Source: the human T2T-CHM13v2.0 reference genome, Homo sapiens
Strand: one strand, 5' to 3'
DNA: 64,000 bases
Assembly (NCBI RefSeq): GCF_009914755.1
Contig: NC_060931.1
Position numbers and translations under genes: made by a program. Shown here in pieces: positions 10,155 to 23,720 of the stretch. Numbering within the stretch: position 1 is the first letter of the stretch; each line of letters opens with the position of its first letter. A model generated the notes under the pieces. That model made no database searches. It was not told the DNA's origin and saw nothing but the letters and a program-made list of their open reading frames with translations.

Positions 10155-12579
10155 CTTTAATTGTGGACAGGGATGATGGATGAGAGAAGGAAAAAGAGAG
10201 AGAAAATTAAAAGTGGGGGGAAAATGGAGCTAACTCAAGCTGTATTTTCTAGAGTTGCTTTACAGTATCATCTCTTCAAAGATTGAGAATAAATTAGGAG
10301 TCTGGTCAAAAATCTCCCTCTAATATTAAAGTATCCAGGCTCAAGTGCTATGAAAACTTAAAACATTAGACAGACATAAATACTTTAAAGGAAATAGAAA
10401 ACAAAGTGGAGGTGGAATTCAGAGTTTATTTTTAAAACTACCTAAACAATTTAGGGACTACAAAGTTCAAAGTTTCAAAAAGCACAACATACTAATTGCA
10501 TGTATACTATATTCTCTTTTACCTGGTAGATGTTTATTAAACACTCTATTAAAGTTGAATCATACAAAATATACATTATTGAAACATTAAGACAATGAGT
10601 AAGCCCTATTCAGTAGTTGCAATCAATACATATATTCATTTACTTTACACCCTTACTTTAAAAGGCGGCAAGAAAAAAAAAACTACCCACTCCATCATTC
10701 AATTCAATTTTTTTTTCAGACTTGAGATGGCCTTCAAATTTATAATGTACTAGTTTTGCCAGAATATAAGCAAAAATGGATCTCTAGTTAGAATCTCATC
10801 TAGGCTGAAATTCGGATGCCATGGATGACTGCACAGACTTTCTTCACCTCAGTCCCTTTTTAAAAAGGAGAGATGGCTGAACACACAGATTCATTTCTGC
10901 ACACACAGCTTCCACAGCCCAGAGTGAGTGTGGCCCGCTGACGTGGCTCTGTCACAGAGGACAGCTTGCTGCTGACCCAGCAGGGTGGCCTCCAACTCGG
11001 AGCCATGAACACTTCCAGAGTGTTTAGTGTGAAATTCTCCTGATGTGCAATACCCAGTAAGCGTACGGTAGCCCGGGAGAAAGGAACTATAAGATGCATG
11101 TCCGAAAATCTAGCTTCCCTATTTCTGAGGATTGGAGCAAAAGATTAAAGGAAGAAAAGTTGACAGTAAGTAGGTTTCACCTTAAAGATGATGTCACCTC
11201 TTTAAAAAAGGCACTATGTGCTTAGGGCTCCTAGCACGTTTCCCCTACTTACAGAAAATCCTACCTACCTACGGTCAGGTACAAACATGAAAGAGGATAT
11301 CCCCACCCCCAACAGAGAAAAAAATATCCATTGTGCCTTATTAATTGGTTCTACAGGCTAATCAGGGATGTCAATGTATTTGATTCACCTTTCATAAGAA
11401 GAGGAAGGCACTAATCTTGCCCTAATTGCCAGCCAAATCACTGATAACAATTGTGACTTTACCTCCTGGTATTCTGATTCCTAAGAAAATGCAATAAGCT
11501 AATAATTTAAGTCCTCCAGGATTTTCTTAAAAACGAAAAATATTTGTCATTCTAAACAGCAATATAATTTTATGATCATTCTTTTTTAATCTTTTAGTGG
11601 TAAATAATTTCACTATGTAAAACCGATGTATTACATTTCAGCAAGGTCAGACGCGTGCAGTTACTGTGGCAATTAATGCTGGATATTCATTGTGAAACTC
11701 CCTGAGGACGACAGTGGGACTCCCGTAACATGAATACCAATGTGTAATTGCTATCTTTCATTTCTCCAAAGGGGTTCCTTTGTTATCTATGTGGCTGAAG
11801 TGAAATAAGGTGGCTGGAGAGAAGTGCATATATTGACCAAAAAAACCCCCCAAAAAACGAAAAACAAAAAACAAAAAAACAAAAAGGCAGAATGAGGGTC
11901 TGGGATGCTGAGACACACAGAACAAACAAATAATTCTGTTCTCTGAAAGGACAAAAATCTTTCCCTGGTTTCCTTTAATCATGCGCCAATACTCATTTTA
12001 TATGAGCTTGCTGTCATTCTGAAGTACGTTTTACATTCTATGTGCATGTGATATATGGCATTATTAACTTCCACAGGCCATGCACATACATATGGATGGG
12101 AAGGGCTTCTCTAATGCCTGTGTAACTAATATGTATTACATGGCTGTGCACACAGCAGCCACACTCTGCCAGGCAGGGGAAGAGCTGAATCATATTGATG
12201 TACTATCAATAGCATCTATGTCATTGTGATAGTTTTCCATTTTGAAGACCTATTAAAAATAAAGAAGAGAAAAAGCAGAAAAATTAATGTACAAAGGGAA
12301 ATATGTTATCTAAAATTGCCATAAAAATGTAATAATCCTACGAATTACATCTGGCTCTCAAGAAGGAAAGGTAAATTAATGTTTCCTGACCCCTGCATGC
12401 TTAACTAATTTCTCATCCTGAGAAGGAACAGAAGTACCATAGTTGAGGTTCTGGGTATGAAATTTTATTCTTGTGCTTGATTGGTTAAGATTAAAAGTAT
12501 TAAGAGAATTAATAACAGAAAATATATTCAATGACAAATAGTTCATGAAATGCAGGTAAAGTATTAAAACACTTAATTG

Positions 12580-13400
12580 ACATTCATTCAACAAATAGTG
12601 AGGGCTTGCTCCCTTTGCGTAAGGCACTGTTCTGGACACCAAGCGGCAAGTGAAAATGAGTGAGGCAAGTACCCTGCTCTTAACTGACAAGTTAATAGGC
12701 TCCATGACAACATAAGTATAACTGGGTCAGCACCCTAAGATGTGGCCAAATGCAAGAGACAATGCAAAAGTAGAATCCATGGGATCTGACAATCAAAGAT
12801 AACTATGGGTGACTGTGAGAATGGAAATACCATTAAACAGGGGAGAATGTGTATGAAGGAGCGGCTTTGGTGAGACAGATGCTTCTGATTTTAAACGCTG
12901 ATGTTTCGTACTAAGACAGCCTGCCTGCCACAGACGTTTAGCAAGCAGTTAGAAATAAAGAACTAGGCCTCTGGACAAAGGTCAAGGGTAGAGACAAATT
13001 TATGAATTATTTAAGCTTTGGTAATGGATGAGATTGTTAAGGAGGAACAGTAAAGAGGCAGAACTATGAACATTGGGGATTAAAGGAGCTAAAATCACAC
13101 TAAGGGGAAGAAGTAAAGTGGGAGAATATTCGAGTCATGGGGGAACCTACGTACAGAGAGAACATGAAGACCACTACCAAGATGAGCCAGGAGGAGAGCC
13201 AGGAGAGCGCTGTATCAGGAGACCCCAGGAGAAAGCCTGCCTGACACTGTAACATTTACAAAGATGGTAAGTCTAAGAAAAAGTGATGATGAGGTCACTT
13301 TAGGTCAGGAGTGGGGAAAATGTGTTAAACTGTGAGTGAACAAGGAGGAAGAGAAGACTACATCTTGGAAATTTCATTCTAAAGGAAATAAGTCAGCTTG
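12580..13400 (-). mobile_element. L2 fragment(s)
   Basis: cattcattcaacaaata...aggcactgttct is the antisense L2 3' end, followed by purine-rich L2-like sequence. Boundaries approximate. Confidence 0.55.
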
Positions 13401-13639
13401 AAGAGACCCATTCCTCCCAAATCAAACCTGTCTGAAACAGGCAGTAGAGAGAACCTTTCAGATGGCAAACGTTGAAAATCATCTAGCTTGACACTACGAC
13501 ACTCAAGAAGTCATACAAGTAACACGAGTTCCAATGCTGTTTGCCCTTAGGTCTGTGAACACATTAACTGAAGATGTTAACTGATAGGAAGGCATTTGTA
13601 GCCAATGGCTTGTTATACTTCTTTTCATCTCACAACTTT

Positions 13640-13950
13640 CTTGGCCTAACTCTTATTTATCCCACAAAGTTCACTTCAAGAATCACCTCCTCCAGGAAGC
13701 CCCCTGGTCTTCAGTTTGATCTTGTTGGCCCTTCTGTGTGACTTCACAGCACCACATGTATCCTTATAATTCAGCACTCTCAGGAGCACTTACTGATGCA
13801 CTTTCTGTCCCCGCCTTGCCCAAGCTCACTCATGGGCAAGTACCCTATCTTCTTTGACTTTGAATTCCCAATAGTTAGCCAGGTCTTGACATTTCACAGA
13901 CACTCAATTAACATTTACTGAATACGTTTATAAACAAAAGATGAATGAAT
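13640..13950 (+). mobile_element. L2 3' fragment
   Basis: tcacctcctccaggaagcc...catttactgaa...atgaatgaatg. Confidence 0.55.
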
Positions 13951-13999
13951 GCATTTGCATTTTAAAGTGGAGGTTTAGAGAGCAACACATTAAATCTCT

Positions 14000-14279
14000 T
14001 TTTTCTTTTTTTTTGGAGGGGGGGGGTGGTAGGAGGACATTCTCACTCTGTCACCCAGGCTGGAGTGCAGGAGCACAATCTCCACTCACTGCCACCTCTG
14101 CATCTTGGGCTCAAGTGATCCTCCCATCTCAGCCTCCTGAGTACCTGGGACTACAGGCACACACCACCAGGCCCAGCTAATTTTTTATTTTATTTTGTAG
14201 AGACAGGGTTTTACCATGTTGCCTAGGCTGGTCTTGAACTTCTGAGCTCAAGCAATCTGCCCACCTCAGTCTCCCAAAG
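14000..14279 (-). mobile_element. AluJ, 5'-truncated
   Basis: J-type gggctcaagtgatcctcccatctcagcc; TSD-like aacac(a/c)ttaaatctct on both sides. Confidence 0.88.
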
Positions 14280-14844
14280 AACACCTTAAATCTCTAAGAA
14301 TACATTTCAATTGGTGAATTGTGATACAGCCCAGAGAGAAAGGACATTTTGCTGAGAGGCGCTCTTCCTAAGGAGGGATCGTCAAACTCTGCTGGTGTTC
14401 ATCAAACTCCACAGGGCACTGGCCTGCCCTGCTTTGCATCCTGACCATCAGCTTAGCTGAGGCAAATAGACTGGGCTAACCTGAGAAGAACAGCTGGCAT
14501 GCTTGTTACACTGGACAATGTCAAAGCTAGGCAAGGAGTTACATATACATCAGATCAGAAGACCTGCTTTAATTCAGGGTCTTAGCTTGAGAGTAGCTCA
14601 TGTGAGATAGCACCGAGCCTTGGCCACTACTTAAGATAATATAAGTATTTTGTGAAGTGTAAAACATCATGCAATTATTAGTTACTGGACCATTAATACC
14701 TAATATAATTTTATTCCATAATGGTAGAGGTAATGACAACTCAAGAACTAAGGAGACAACACTGCCATATGCAACAAACAGAACCACCAGGAATGGGCAA
14801 CTGGGGAGGAATCAGCCACAACCAGGCAGATAAACCTATGACAA

Positions 14845-15075
14845 CTAACACTTACTGAGGGCTTACCATACAGCAGGCAAAGCTAAGGGCTGAAGATCCA
14901 CTACTTTACCTAATCACTATAATGATCCTATGAGACTAATGCTATGAAAATTCCCATTTTACAAATGGAGACAGGAGCCCAGAGATTAAATAAGAAAGAT
15001 CACAGAGCAGACAGATGGCGAAGCTGAGATTGAACCCAGACAGGCTCGACACCAGTGCCCTTAACCAGAACCACA
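14845..15075 (-). mobile_element. MIR
   Basis: aacacttactgagggcttacc...cccattttacaaatggagacagg...ttgaacccagac. Confidence 0.7.
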
Positions 15076-15656
15076 GATGTCCCCTAAGATGGCCAATGCT
15101 CTATATTCTAGATGACAGCTATCAAAGGAGATGTCACTTTCCCTCGTGCTGACTGACAGTGCAGGGCAATCTGTTGGTTGGTCAGGCAACAGGGAGGTCT
15201 AGGCCAAAGTGAGAGTCAAAAGTTCTAGCATAGCCGGTTTTTAGTTCTGGATGGCCTGTCTGGTTTGGGAAAGCCATACAAGGGCTTTCATTCTAAGAGA
15301 GGAAGAGAGTTGACAGGAGCTGAATGCAGTGGTATGACCACAGCTCAACCAGCTCAGATCAGGCAGCACTCAAGACCCAGCAAGGGGAAAATGAAGTGCC
15401 AACCAGACCCGAATCAGTGACCAAGGCAGGAAGAGAGCTAAACACGGCAGGGACCGGCTTTAGAGGAAGGCTGTATTTGTGGGCACCTATGTCTATGCAA
15501 CTTGGAACACAGAGACATGCAGGTTAAGGCTGGTGGAGATGGGGCTCCCAGTATATAAGCTGCCTCGGGCCTGATGGGCTCAAGAACTGGGTAGACATGA
15601 ATTATAGACTTTAAAATGGCTAATTTTATGTTATGTAAGTTTTACCTTAAAATTGA

Positions 15657-15683
15657 AAAAAAAAAAAAAAAAAAAAAAAAAAA
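15657..15683 (+). repeat. Poly(A) tract, probably the tail of an old L1 3' end
   Basis: Long A run preceded by aaaatggctaattttatgttatgtaagttttacc, which resembles an L1M 3' end. Confidence 0.75.
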
Positions 15684-17056
15684 GGAACTGAGCAGAGATG
15701 AGTCTGTGGACACAGATTTGTTGGCCAGGGGACACATGAATCTGCCCCAGGGAGCCACAAAGGGCTCTGAGAAATATGTCCTGAGAGGTACAGTTCAGGT
15801 AGCTGGAAGGTCCGAGAAAGAAGAGTTCAGGAGGATAAATAGCAGCAGATTATTTCCACTTTCTGAGCCACTCTACCCTGTGGGAGAGGAAGCCCTGGAA
15901 TTACTCATGACATTCTAGAAAGGCGACTTTCCACTAGTGGGTGATGAGATAAAAGTGGCTGACTGGGGACCAATTTAAAGAAGTGCTAACAGCAGAGATG
16001 GACCCAGCTCTCTCTCAAGCTGAAGCGGAGTGTATCAACAATATCATAGAACAAATGAAGACGATTCTGGATCAAGAGTCAGGGCTATGCTCTGCACCCT
16101 TTCCAACACAAAGATTCTACAAAACTAATCTTGATTCCACTTTTCTCACAGAAGCCCAAAGTGTTGGCTCTCCTAAATAGGAAGAGGGCACATGATTTAG
16201 CAGTTAGGTATCTCTTCCCATCTTGTACTATGGAAATTCACATAAAGCCTAGCTGACCAAGCCATCAATGCCCACATCTGTGTCTGTTATACAAATGTGG
16301 GTACAGCAGAATTATAAGACTTATCTGAAAAAAAAAATCTCCTCTGGCCAAAAAGAATTTTATTCGAGAACAACCCTTAGATAATTTGCTGACAATGTAT
16401 CTCATGATTCTTTTTCTCATGAAAAAAAAAGTAAACAGATGTTTTTTAAAAAGGTCAAAAGAATATTGCTGGCAAGATAGAAATGATTAAGAGAGAGATT
16501 AAGTTAGCAGATGTATGTCAAGGTGAGCCACTTAGACTCACCCGACCACAAAGGAGCTGGCCTAACAAATATGTCTTTGTACACGATACTCTGGCAGAAG
16601 GAGAGTATTTAGATAACGACAATTAGTTCTTTCCTTTTTTTAATCCCACACATATTAAGATTAATAACTCTAATGAAAGCCCAAACAAGATTAATAGGAT
16701 TCATCATCATTTATAAAATCTAGGTAAAGTCTGACTTTTATAGATATGAAAATAAACATATATTTATTACGGAACTTGACCAAACTCCAACAGAAAACCA
16801 ATATGCATGACTAAACAGAAAGCTTCTGGCTACTAGAGAAAAACTGTATGTATTCAATCTCATTGCCTCTAAGAATATCATCATACAAAACAACTTGTCT
16901 AATAACCCTAAAACCAGAGCAAGCCTAGGAATTTGATCCCAGGGCCAACTTCAGCTAGTAACCTACTGCACAATAGGGCAGAAAAGATGGGATAGACTGT
17001 AGCATCTTGAAATATAAAGTCAATGTCTTTTTATTATGAATATATTTCAACATGCT

Positions 17057-17557
17057 GTATTAGCTTGACAGATCATTCTGGATACTGGCAGGAAAATGCA
17101 CACTCAGCAAGGGTTGTGAAAGTGTTTAATGAAGGGGCTATTTACAGCTGTGTAGGTAGGTTTGATGAAACTGAGCAAAAATGGTGAGAGATAACCAGGA
17201 CTAGAAAAGAGGGAGATCTTAACTAGCCCTGGGCTGGAAGGGGTAAGGGGAGGTAAAAAGTAAGTATTGGATCCCTTTGGGAGCTGGAGGCATAAATGAG
17301 AAGCTACCAATGAGGAGCTGCAGTCACTGCCAGAACTACAGAAGGAAGCCAGACAGAGGTAGGAGGAATATCATGACCTTTCTCTCCTTCCACCCTCTGA
17401 TCTCTTGCCGATGCTTCCCACTGGCTGCATCCCATTCAGAGCAGGAGGACAATAAATCCAGGGTGATGCATTCCACAGTGTGTGGTGAGGACTCGCTGTC
17501 CCAGCACAGGGCAGATGTGAGAATGGAGAAAGGGATGCAAATAGAGACAGCCCAGCA
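17057..17557 (-). mobile_element. LTR33-like ERVL solo LTR
   Basis: gcaggaaaatgcacactcag...gtttaatgaaggggctatttaca...cccagca resembles recalled LTR33 in antisense. Confidence 0.55.
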
Positions 17558-18894
17558 TGCTTCACATTTCACAGTTTCCAGAGACGCTTGTGTTAAGTTT
17601 TCATTAATTTAGACTACACCATATTGGTCATGTATTTCTTCTTCCTGCTGTCCAGAAAACAACTCAAAGAAAAAATCTAAAAGCTTTAGGGTAGGGTGTG
17701 TTAGCATTTTCCTACTTGACCGAATCCAATTTCTACATGCTTTATGGTCTTAACAGTCTTTCTTGTCTAGTGCCTATATCAGTTTACTGTAATTTAGCTT
17801 CTACAGCTTGCTTCACACTCTGCACTTCCCATGTGACCTTTGAGAGTGGCTAGTCAATCACACAGGTGTTACTGTTTATCATAAAAGCTTAAATTTTATT
17901 AAATATTTTCCAGCAGGCTTCTAGTTCCAATATAAAAGTTCTTGGCTGATGACCAGGTTTGGGAGTGGGATGGAGGGTAGAAGAGGGAGGAGAAATGGCA
18001 GGGTCAGTTCCACTCTGATGACAGCTGCATGAGAACAGTGGCTGGTTTGGTTTGGTTTTACATCCAGAACAATGTCTGTTAAATGAATGCATGGCCTGGC
18101 AAATGATGGATAAGTGGACAGACACTGTAAATCAGAATGGCTCAAGGTCAAGGACAGAGAGGTCAGCAAAGGCAAAGAGGCAGAGGTTCAGTCTCAGAGG
18201 AACTAAGTCCGAGGGGTAGGCTTGGGTAGAAAAGGAAAATTCAAGCTTGAAGTCTGCAGAACAAAAGGACAAAATCTAGTCCACTGTAGCTGGGAACCAA
18301 AGCTTAAAGTCAGATCTAGGCTAAGTCTGAGTAATGGGCATAGCACTCTGACGCAGAAATGGAGCTTGATTCTGACTCCAGGGTCTTTGGAGCCAGTTTT
18401 CACCCAGGAAGAGGCCTGTCCTCAAAGAATGGCTGAGTTCACAGCTGCAGACAAGGCCTCAACCTATACTGAGAGGACATGGGTTACAGGGCTTGCCTTA
18501 TCTACAGCCAAATCCTGGCAGCCATCCAATAGCTGTTTTGCTGGGAGAATAAAAATACACTCCCCAAATTCCAAAGCATTATCTAAGAAATAAGGGTATT
18601 ATGCATCTTCTGGGACTTTTAGGCACTAAAAAAGATGATAAAGGCCCAGCACAGTCCCCTGCCACCCCAACAACAGTTCAATCACCAATGACTAGATAAA
18701 TCTAATTTGTTTAACAATGTACACATCTTACCAAGAACCCTTCCACCAAGCCGCAAGCCAGGGATATCGTCCATTTCTCTCTATTTCATGGGTAATAACC
18801 AATTCTGAATAGCATAAAACTTAAACTCAGATGATGGCAGCCCTTCAAAGAACTTACAGCCTGAATCAAATTAAACTGATATCCACCAAAGCAA

Positions 18895-19045
18895 AGACAG
18901 ACCTGGTTCAAATCCTAGAGTTGCCACTTTCTAGCTGGGTGGTCTATCTCTCTGAGCATCAGCTTTCTTGCCTGTGAAATGGGATAATCCCTACCTTATA
19001 GACCCAGTTGAATACTGGACACAGAGAAAGCCCTCAGTAAATAGA
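18895..19045 (+). mobile_element. MIR
   Basis: agacctggttcaaatcc...gccactttctagctg...tgtgaaatgggataat. Confidence 0.65.
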
Positions 19046-22000
19046 GGGCAGAAAAATATACAAACTATATTGTAACTGTATGCCATCCAAGTATACTAAC
19101 ACTGAAGTATTACAAAATTGAATTTGTATCAGGGTCTTGCTATGATTTTGTTTATGTGTATGTGTATATAAATATCATCCAAATTTTAAAAACACACACA
19201 AATAACATAAAATTTTTTCCACTGCAATGCAAACCGCTGCCTATGGTGCTGTATGTGCTACTGAGAGGCAGAGGGCATCACAGGAGTTAACTACAGAGCT
19301 CACGGAACCTGCAGAAAAGGAGGTTCCAAGCCCCTCTGCCAGAGGAGGGCTAGGGATGATGAAATAGATCATTTTCATGGGCGTGTGGGGCTGTTTCTTT
19401 CTGGTACTCACCTCCCCGCAAATCTCACTCGCCAAGAAGTGTACACCTCTAGAGACCAAAAACTAAAAGAAGGGAGACAAGGAAGTTCAGTTGTCTCTCT
19501 GACTGTTACATTTTTAACACAGAATGTCAAGAGATAGCTAATGCTCTATGGGCTCTTGGTCTTTGGTCAGGGTGACTGACGATCTGCAAAGGCACAGTTG
19601 CATCCTTCATTGTTGGCATGACTGGAATATACACAGGAGAAAACACAGCAATGACAAACAAGGTGTGATGCCAGCCACGGTCACCTGAAGTGAGCCAGCT
19701 GGAATGCCACTGCTTTCTGCTGCTCCTTGTTCCAGATATGGTGGTTATTTCCTTCTGCAGAGACTCGGAGGTACATCCATTCGCCCTGGTTAGAAGGCCC
19801 GAGGGAATAGGTGAAGGGTCAGCCAAACTAGGAAACCACTGAGATTTTTTGAGCCACTTACCACCTGCATGCTGTGGACCAGGGCTCCTCAGCAGTGCCT
19901 CAGTTCCCTGAAACCAAGCAGCCTGGGTCAACGGGCAACTGAGGCATGGTACAGTGTGCACACATGACCTGACAGAGGCCTATTTGAGATCACGTCGGAA
20001 GAAATGAGGATGCAGAAATCTAAATTAGATCCTTAAGCATTTCCTGAAATGTAGAAGAAGAAAGGGAAAAAAATTGCCAGTAACCCGAATCACTGCTTTT
20101 CACTAGCAGCCCAAAGGTAGGACAGAAACCTACACTAAATTATGATTAAAGTTTCTACATTCTGGTTGCAGATATATTTGTCCCGTGGGGTTTGAATAAT
20201 CCATGGCAGCAGTTTTACAGAAGCCTTTACAACTGAACAACAAGAGGATAACATGACTTTTCAGAGCAGCATAAAATAGCTAGCCCTGACTGGTTCCTAT
20301 GGCTTTGACTTCTCCTCTCAAATTCCTCCCATAGGATCTGAAACTTAGTTGTGTTTGATACCTCCTGACTCAGTGAAGAACTAATTCATAAACTGAAATT
20401 ATTTGAAAAAGCTAGTTCTTATGTCTGAGCAGACCCAGCAGAAGTATTCTTCAAACTTAAAAAGGAAATAAACTCTAAAAAATTGAAAGGCTTCAAGTCA
20501 AAGAACTCTATCACTCTTCCCAAATTTCCTGTGCGTGTGTGTCAATGAGCATCTGCATGTGTGTACGTGAGGAAATGCTTGTGTGTGTGTGCACGCATGC
20601 CTGTGGAACTTCCATGAGGGCAAAGTAGCAATCCAAAGGGGGAGTTTCAGTATTTATGCAAGTTATGGAATGAAAAATTTCTAGCTACTGTAGCAGCTGC
20701 CAGATCACATGGAATGAGAGTGAGGAGATACAAAGCATCTTAAGTAAACACTCCTGTTTTTTCATGTTTTGTACATTCCTTGGTGTTTTTAGGGAGGCAC
20801 GCCTTTGGTCTCTGCTGTAGCCATCTCAGAAACTTCATTTCACAGTTTGAAACAAGGTTGGGATAAAGGTAGACAAAGTGGCACTCTTGGTGCATGGAAC
20901 AGTAACAGGAAGTTGGTATTAAAAATAGGTTAAGAGAATGTAAGATGTAATGAAATATTGCTAAAATGATTTGAGAGGCAAGCAAAAAAGTAAACAAAAA
21001 ACCAGAAGGTAAAAAGGAAGAGCGAAGGTTAAAATAAGACAAAGATGAATTTGCTTGCATAGGGGTAGATCTCTCCTGCCTTTTTTTCCAAGGGAGGGAA
21101 TAGGTGTGGAGAGAAGAGGAGGACAGACTGGGGGAACAAAAAAGGAATTAGTATTTAAGTGAGGAATTAATATTAAAGTGATAACACATATGAAAAACAA
21201 ATTCTCTTTTCCTGAATATTAATGTGCACCTGGAGGGCCAAAGAAGGTCAAAATCCTCACGTACAAACCTGCCCAGGTAAGATCTTTGCTCCACAACCTG
21301 TGATCCATTAAAGTCTGAACGTCTGCATCCACTCTTTACCAGGGATGGATTCTTCCAAAGACTTTTCTGTATTACAAAGTGACTACCGGTGATGAACCTT
21401 CCTGCCTTTTCTGCTTATCATTTCCAGGTTAATTCTCTAAGGTAGAAAACTTCTTATTTAAAACTTTAAATATCCAATGAACTGGAATCCTGAAGCTGGT
21501 AAAACTTTGGATTTTTACAGATGTGATTTGAAGTACTCGACTGTGGGAAACATCTCAAACCACCCACAATTTCCTTCTCTATCAGCTCCAGTTCCACAAA
21601 CACTGACTGAAAGCCTAGTGCTAAACACTGGGGATAAAAGTTCAAATAAAATATAGGCATGCTCTCAAAGAGTAAATTCTTCACGTGACAGATAGACATG
21701 TAAGAGACAAAAATCTGCATGTTTTAAAAACAGTAATTTGGAGCTAGGCTGTGGGTAGCAGCTAATGAACCTAGCCAACATCAAGAACTAGGTTACTTTC
21801 TTGGTATTTCTAAGAGTTCAAGGCAGTAAGAGCTAGCATTTCCTTCACTGCAGAGATTTGGGAATTCCAGATTTTGATCCTCCTCAGGACATTCTGATCT
21901 CAGAGAAACAATTCCAAATATTTAATGACTTGACTTGAAATATCATTTTAATGTCCTGATAACAGACACTTCTAGCTGGATATGCTAGATCAGCCATCTG

Positions 22001-22544
22001 TCCTGTATCAACACCATTTCACAGAGTAAATTTTTAGAAGTTCTATCCACTGGAGTATTTTTAGAACATAAAAGAACAGAATGATTCTTGGCATTGATAG
22101 ACATATTCAATCAGAGTGAAAAAAGAGCTACTCAGAACTTCCTGAGTAATCAATTGGTATCCTTTATAATATGGTGACATTTTCCCAGAAAGAGTTCAAC
22201 ACTCAAAAGCATGGATATTGTAGAATCTGGGGGGAAGGGTGTCTTCAAGTTAAGAAAGGAATTTTAGAGCTAGAAGAAATCTTAGACATCTAATATCTTA
22301 ATTTATTAGATGAGAAGACTGAAGCTCAGAGAGGTAAAGTGATTTACTAAATCAGCACTCAACATATTAACTTGGGAGGTAGTTTGTTCATCACAGAATT
22401 TCAATTCTTCCAGAATAAAATGAATGTCTTTGATGCTAGTAATAAAATAGTAAATTAACTGAAGAAAAATTATGCATGTGATAGTTGATCAAGAAATCTT
22501 ACATTACAAAAATAAATCACAGCTATATTAAAAAATCCAAGTGA

Positions 22545-22829
22545 GGCCAATCTCAGTGGCTAATGCTTATAGTCCCAGCACTTTAGGAGGGTGAGTTGGG
22601 AGGATTTCCAGAGCTAAGGAGTTGGAGACCAGCCTGGGCAACATAGTGAGGCCTTGTCTCTACAAAAATACCAAAAAATTAGCTGGGCGTGGTAGTACAT
22701 GCCTGTAGTCTCAGCTACTCTGGAGGCTGAGGTGGGAGGATTGTGGCTGCAGTGAGTTGTGATTTTTCCATCACACTCCAGCCTGGGCAACAGAGTGAGA
22801 CCCATGTCACAAGAAAAAAAAAAAAAAAA
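22545..22829 (+). mobile_element. AluJ
   Basis: Diverged dimeric Alu (agcctgggcaacatagtgag, gaggtgggaggatt) with an A tail. Confidence 0.88.
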
Positions 22830-22859
22830 GAGGTCTGAGTGAAAAGTGCAACTCCAAAA

Positions 22860-23720
22860 GGAATAGAAAAAATAAAATAAAATTTTACTTAATGAGGAAG
22901 GGATTTCTCATTTTAAAGACAATATTAAAAATAAAAAACATTTCCACTCATGTGTATAAAAATAATTAATTAGGAAACAAACTAAGTAGAAAACAAACTG
23001 AGGAAAACAATATGCAACAAATATGACAAAATTTTATATCCTTCATATGTAAATAACTTGTCCAAATCAATAAGAAAATTTCAGTGAGAAAAATGAGAAA
23101 GGAGAAAAATAAATTACTTACAGAAGAAAGAGAAATAGGTTGATATAAGTTGCAAATATTCAACTTCACTAGAGATGTACATTTGAACAAGATAGTATTT
23201 TCCTCCCTCTCCCTTGCCCACCATCAACCTGACAAAGATAACATAGTTTCTCCTACTCAAAATTGTAACACTCAATGAAGGTGAAAGCTAGGATGAAGGG
23301 ATTACAAAACAAGTAATTTCATATATTGCTGATTTAAGTAAAAACTAGCACAAGCTTTTTGGAAAGTGGTTGGGTAAAAACATAAAAGATAGTAATGCAG
23401 TTTATATTTATAAGTAGTAATTCTGCTACTAGGAATTTATCCTTAAGAATATAAACTTAGGTAAAGATTTTTGGAGAGTTGCGCGTTATAGTTTATAATA
23501 GCAAAATTCCCCCAGGGAAGGGTAGCTAAGTAAAGCATGTCATGAAAATATGAGGAAAGCCTCAGAATACAAAGACTGGGGACAGCCAGGGGGTGGGGGG
23601 AGGAAATAGTGGTTTATCGTTAAATTTTTATTTTCTTCCTTGTAACTTTCTATTATTTCTAAATTCTCTATGAAGGGCATACATTACTTTTACAGTAGTA
23701 GAACAACTTTAAACAACAAA
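22860..23720 (+). mobile_element. Old L1M/L1ME fragment
   Basis: A-rich; caaatcaataagaaaa, attctgctactaggaatttatcc and aagcttttggaaag resemble the L1 ORF2 end and 3' UTR. Boundaries approximate. Confidence 0.5.
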
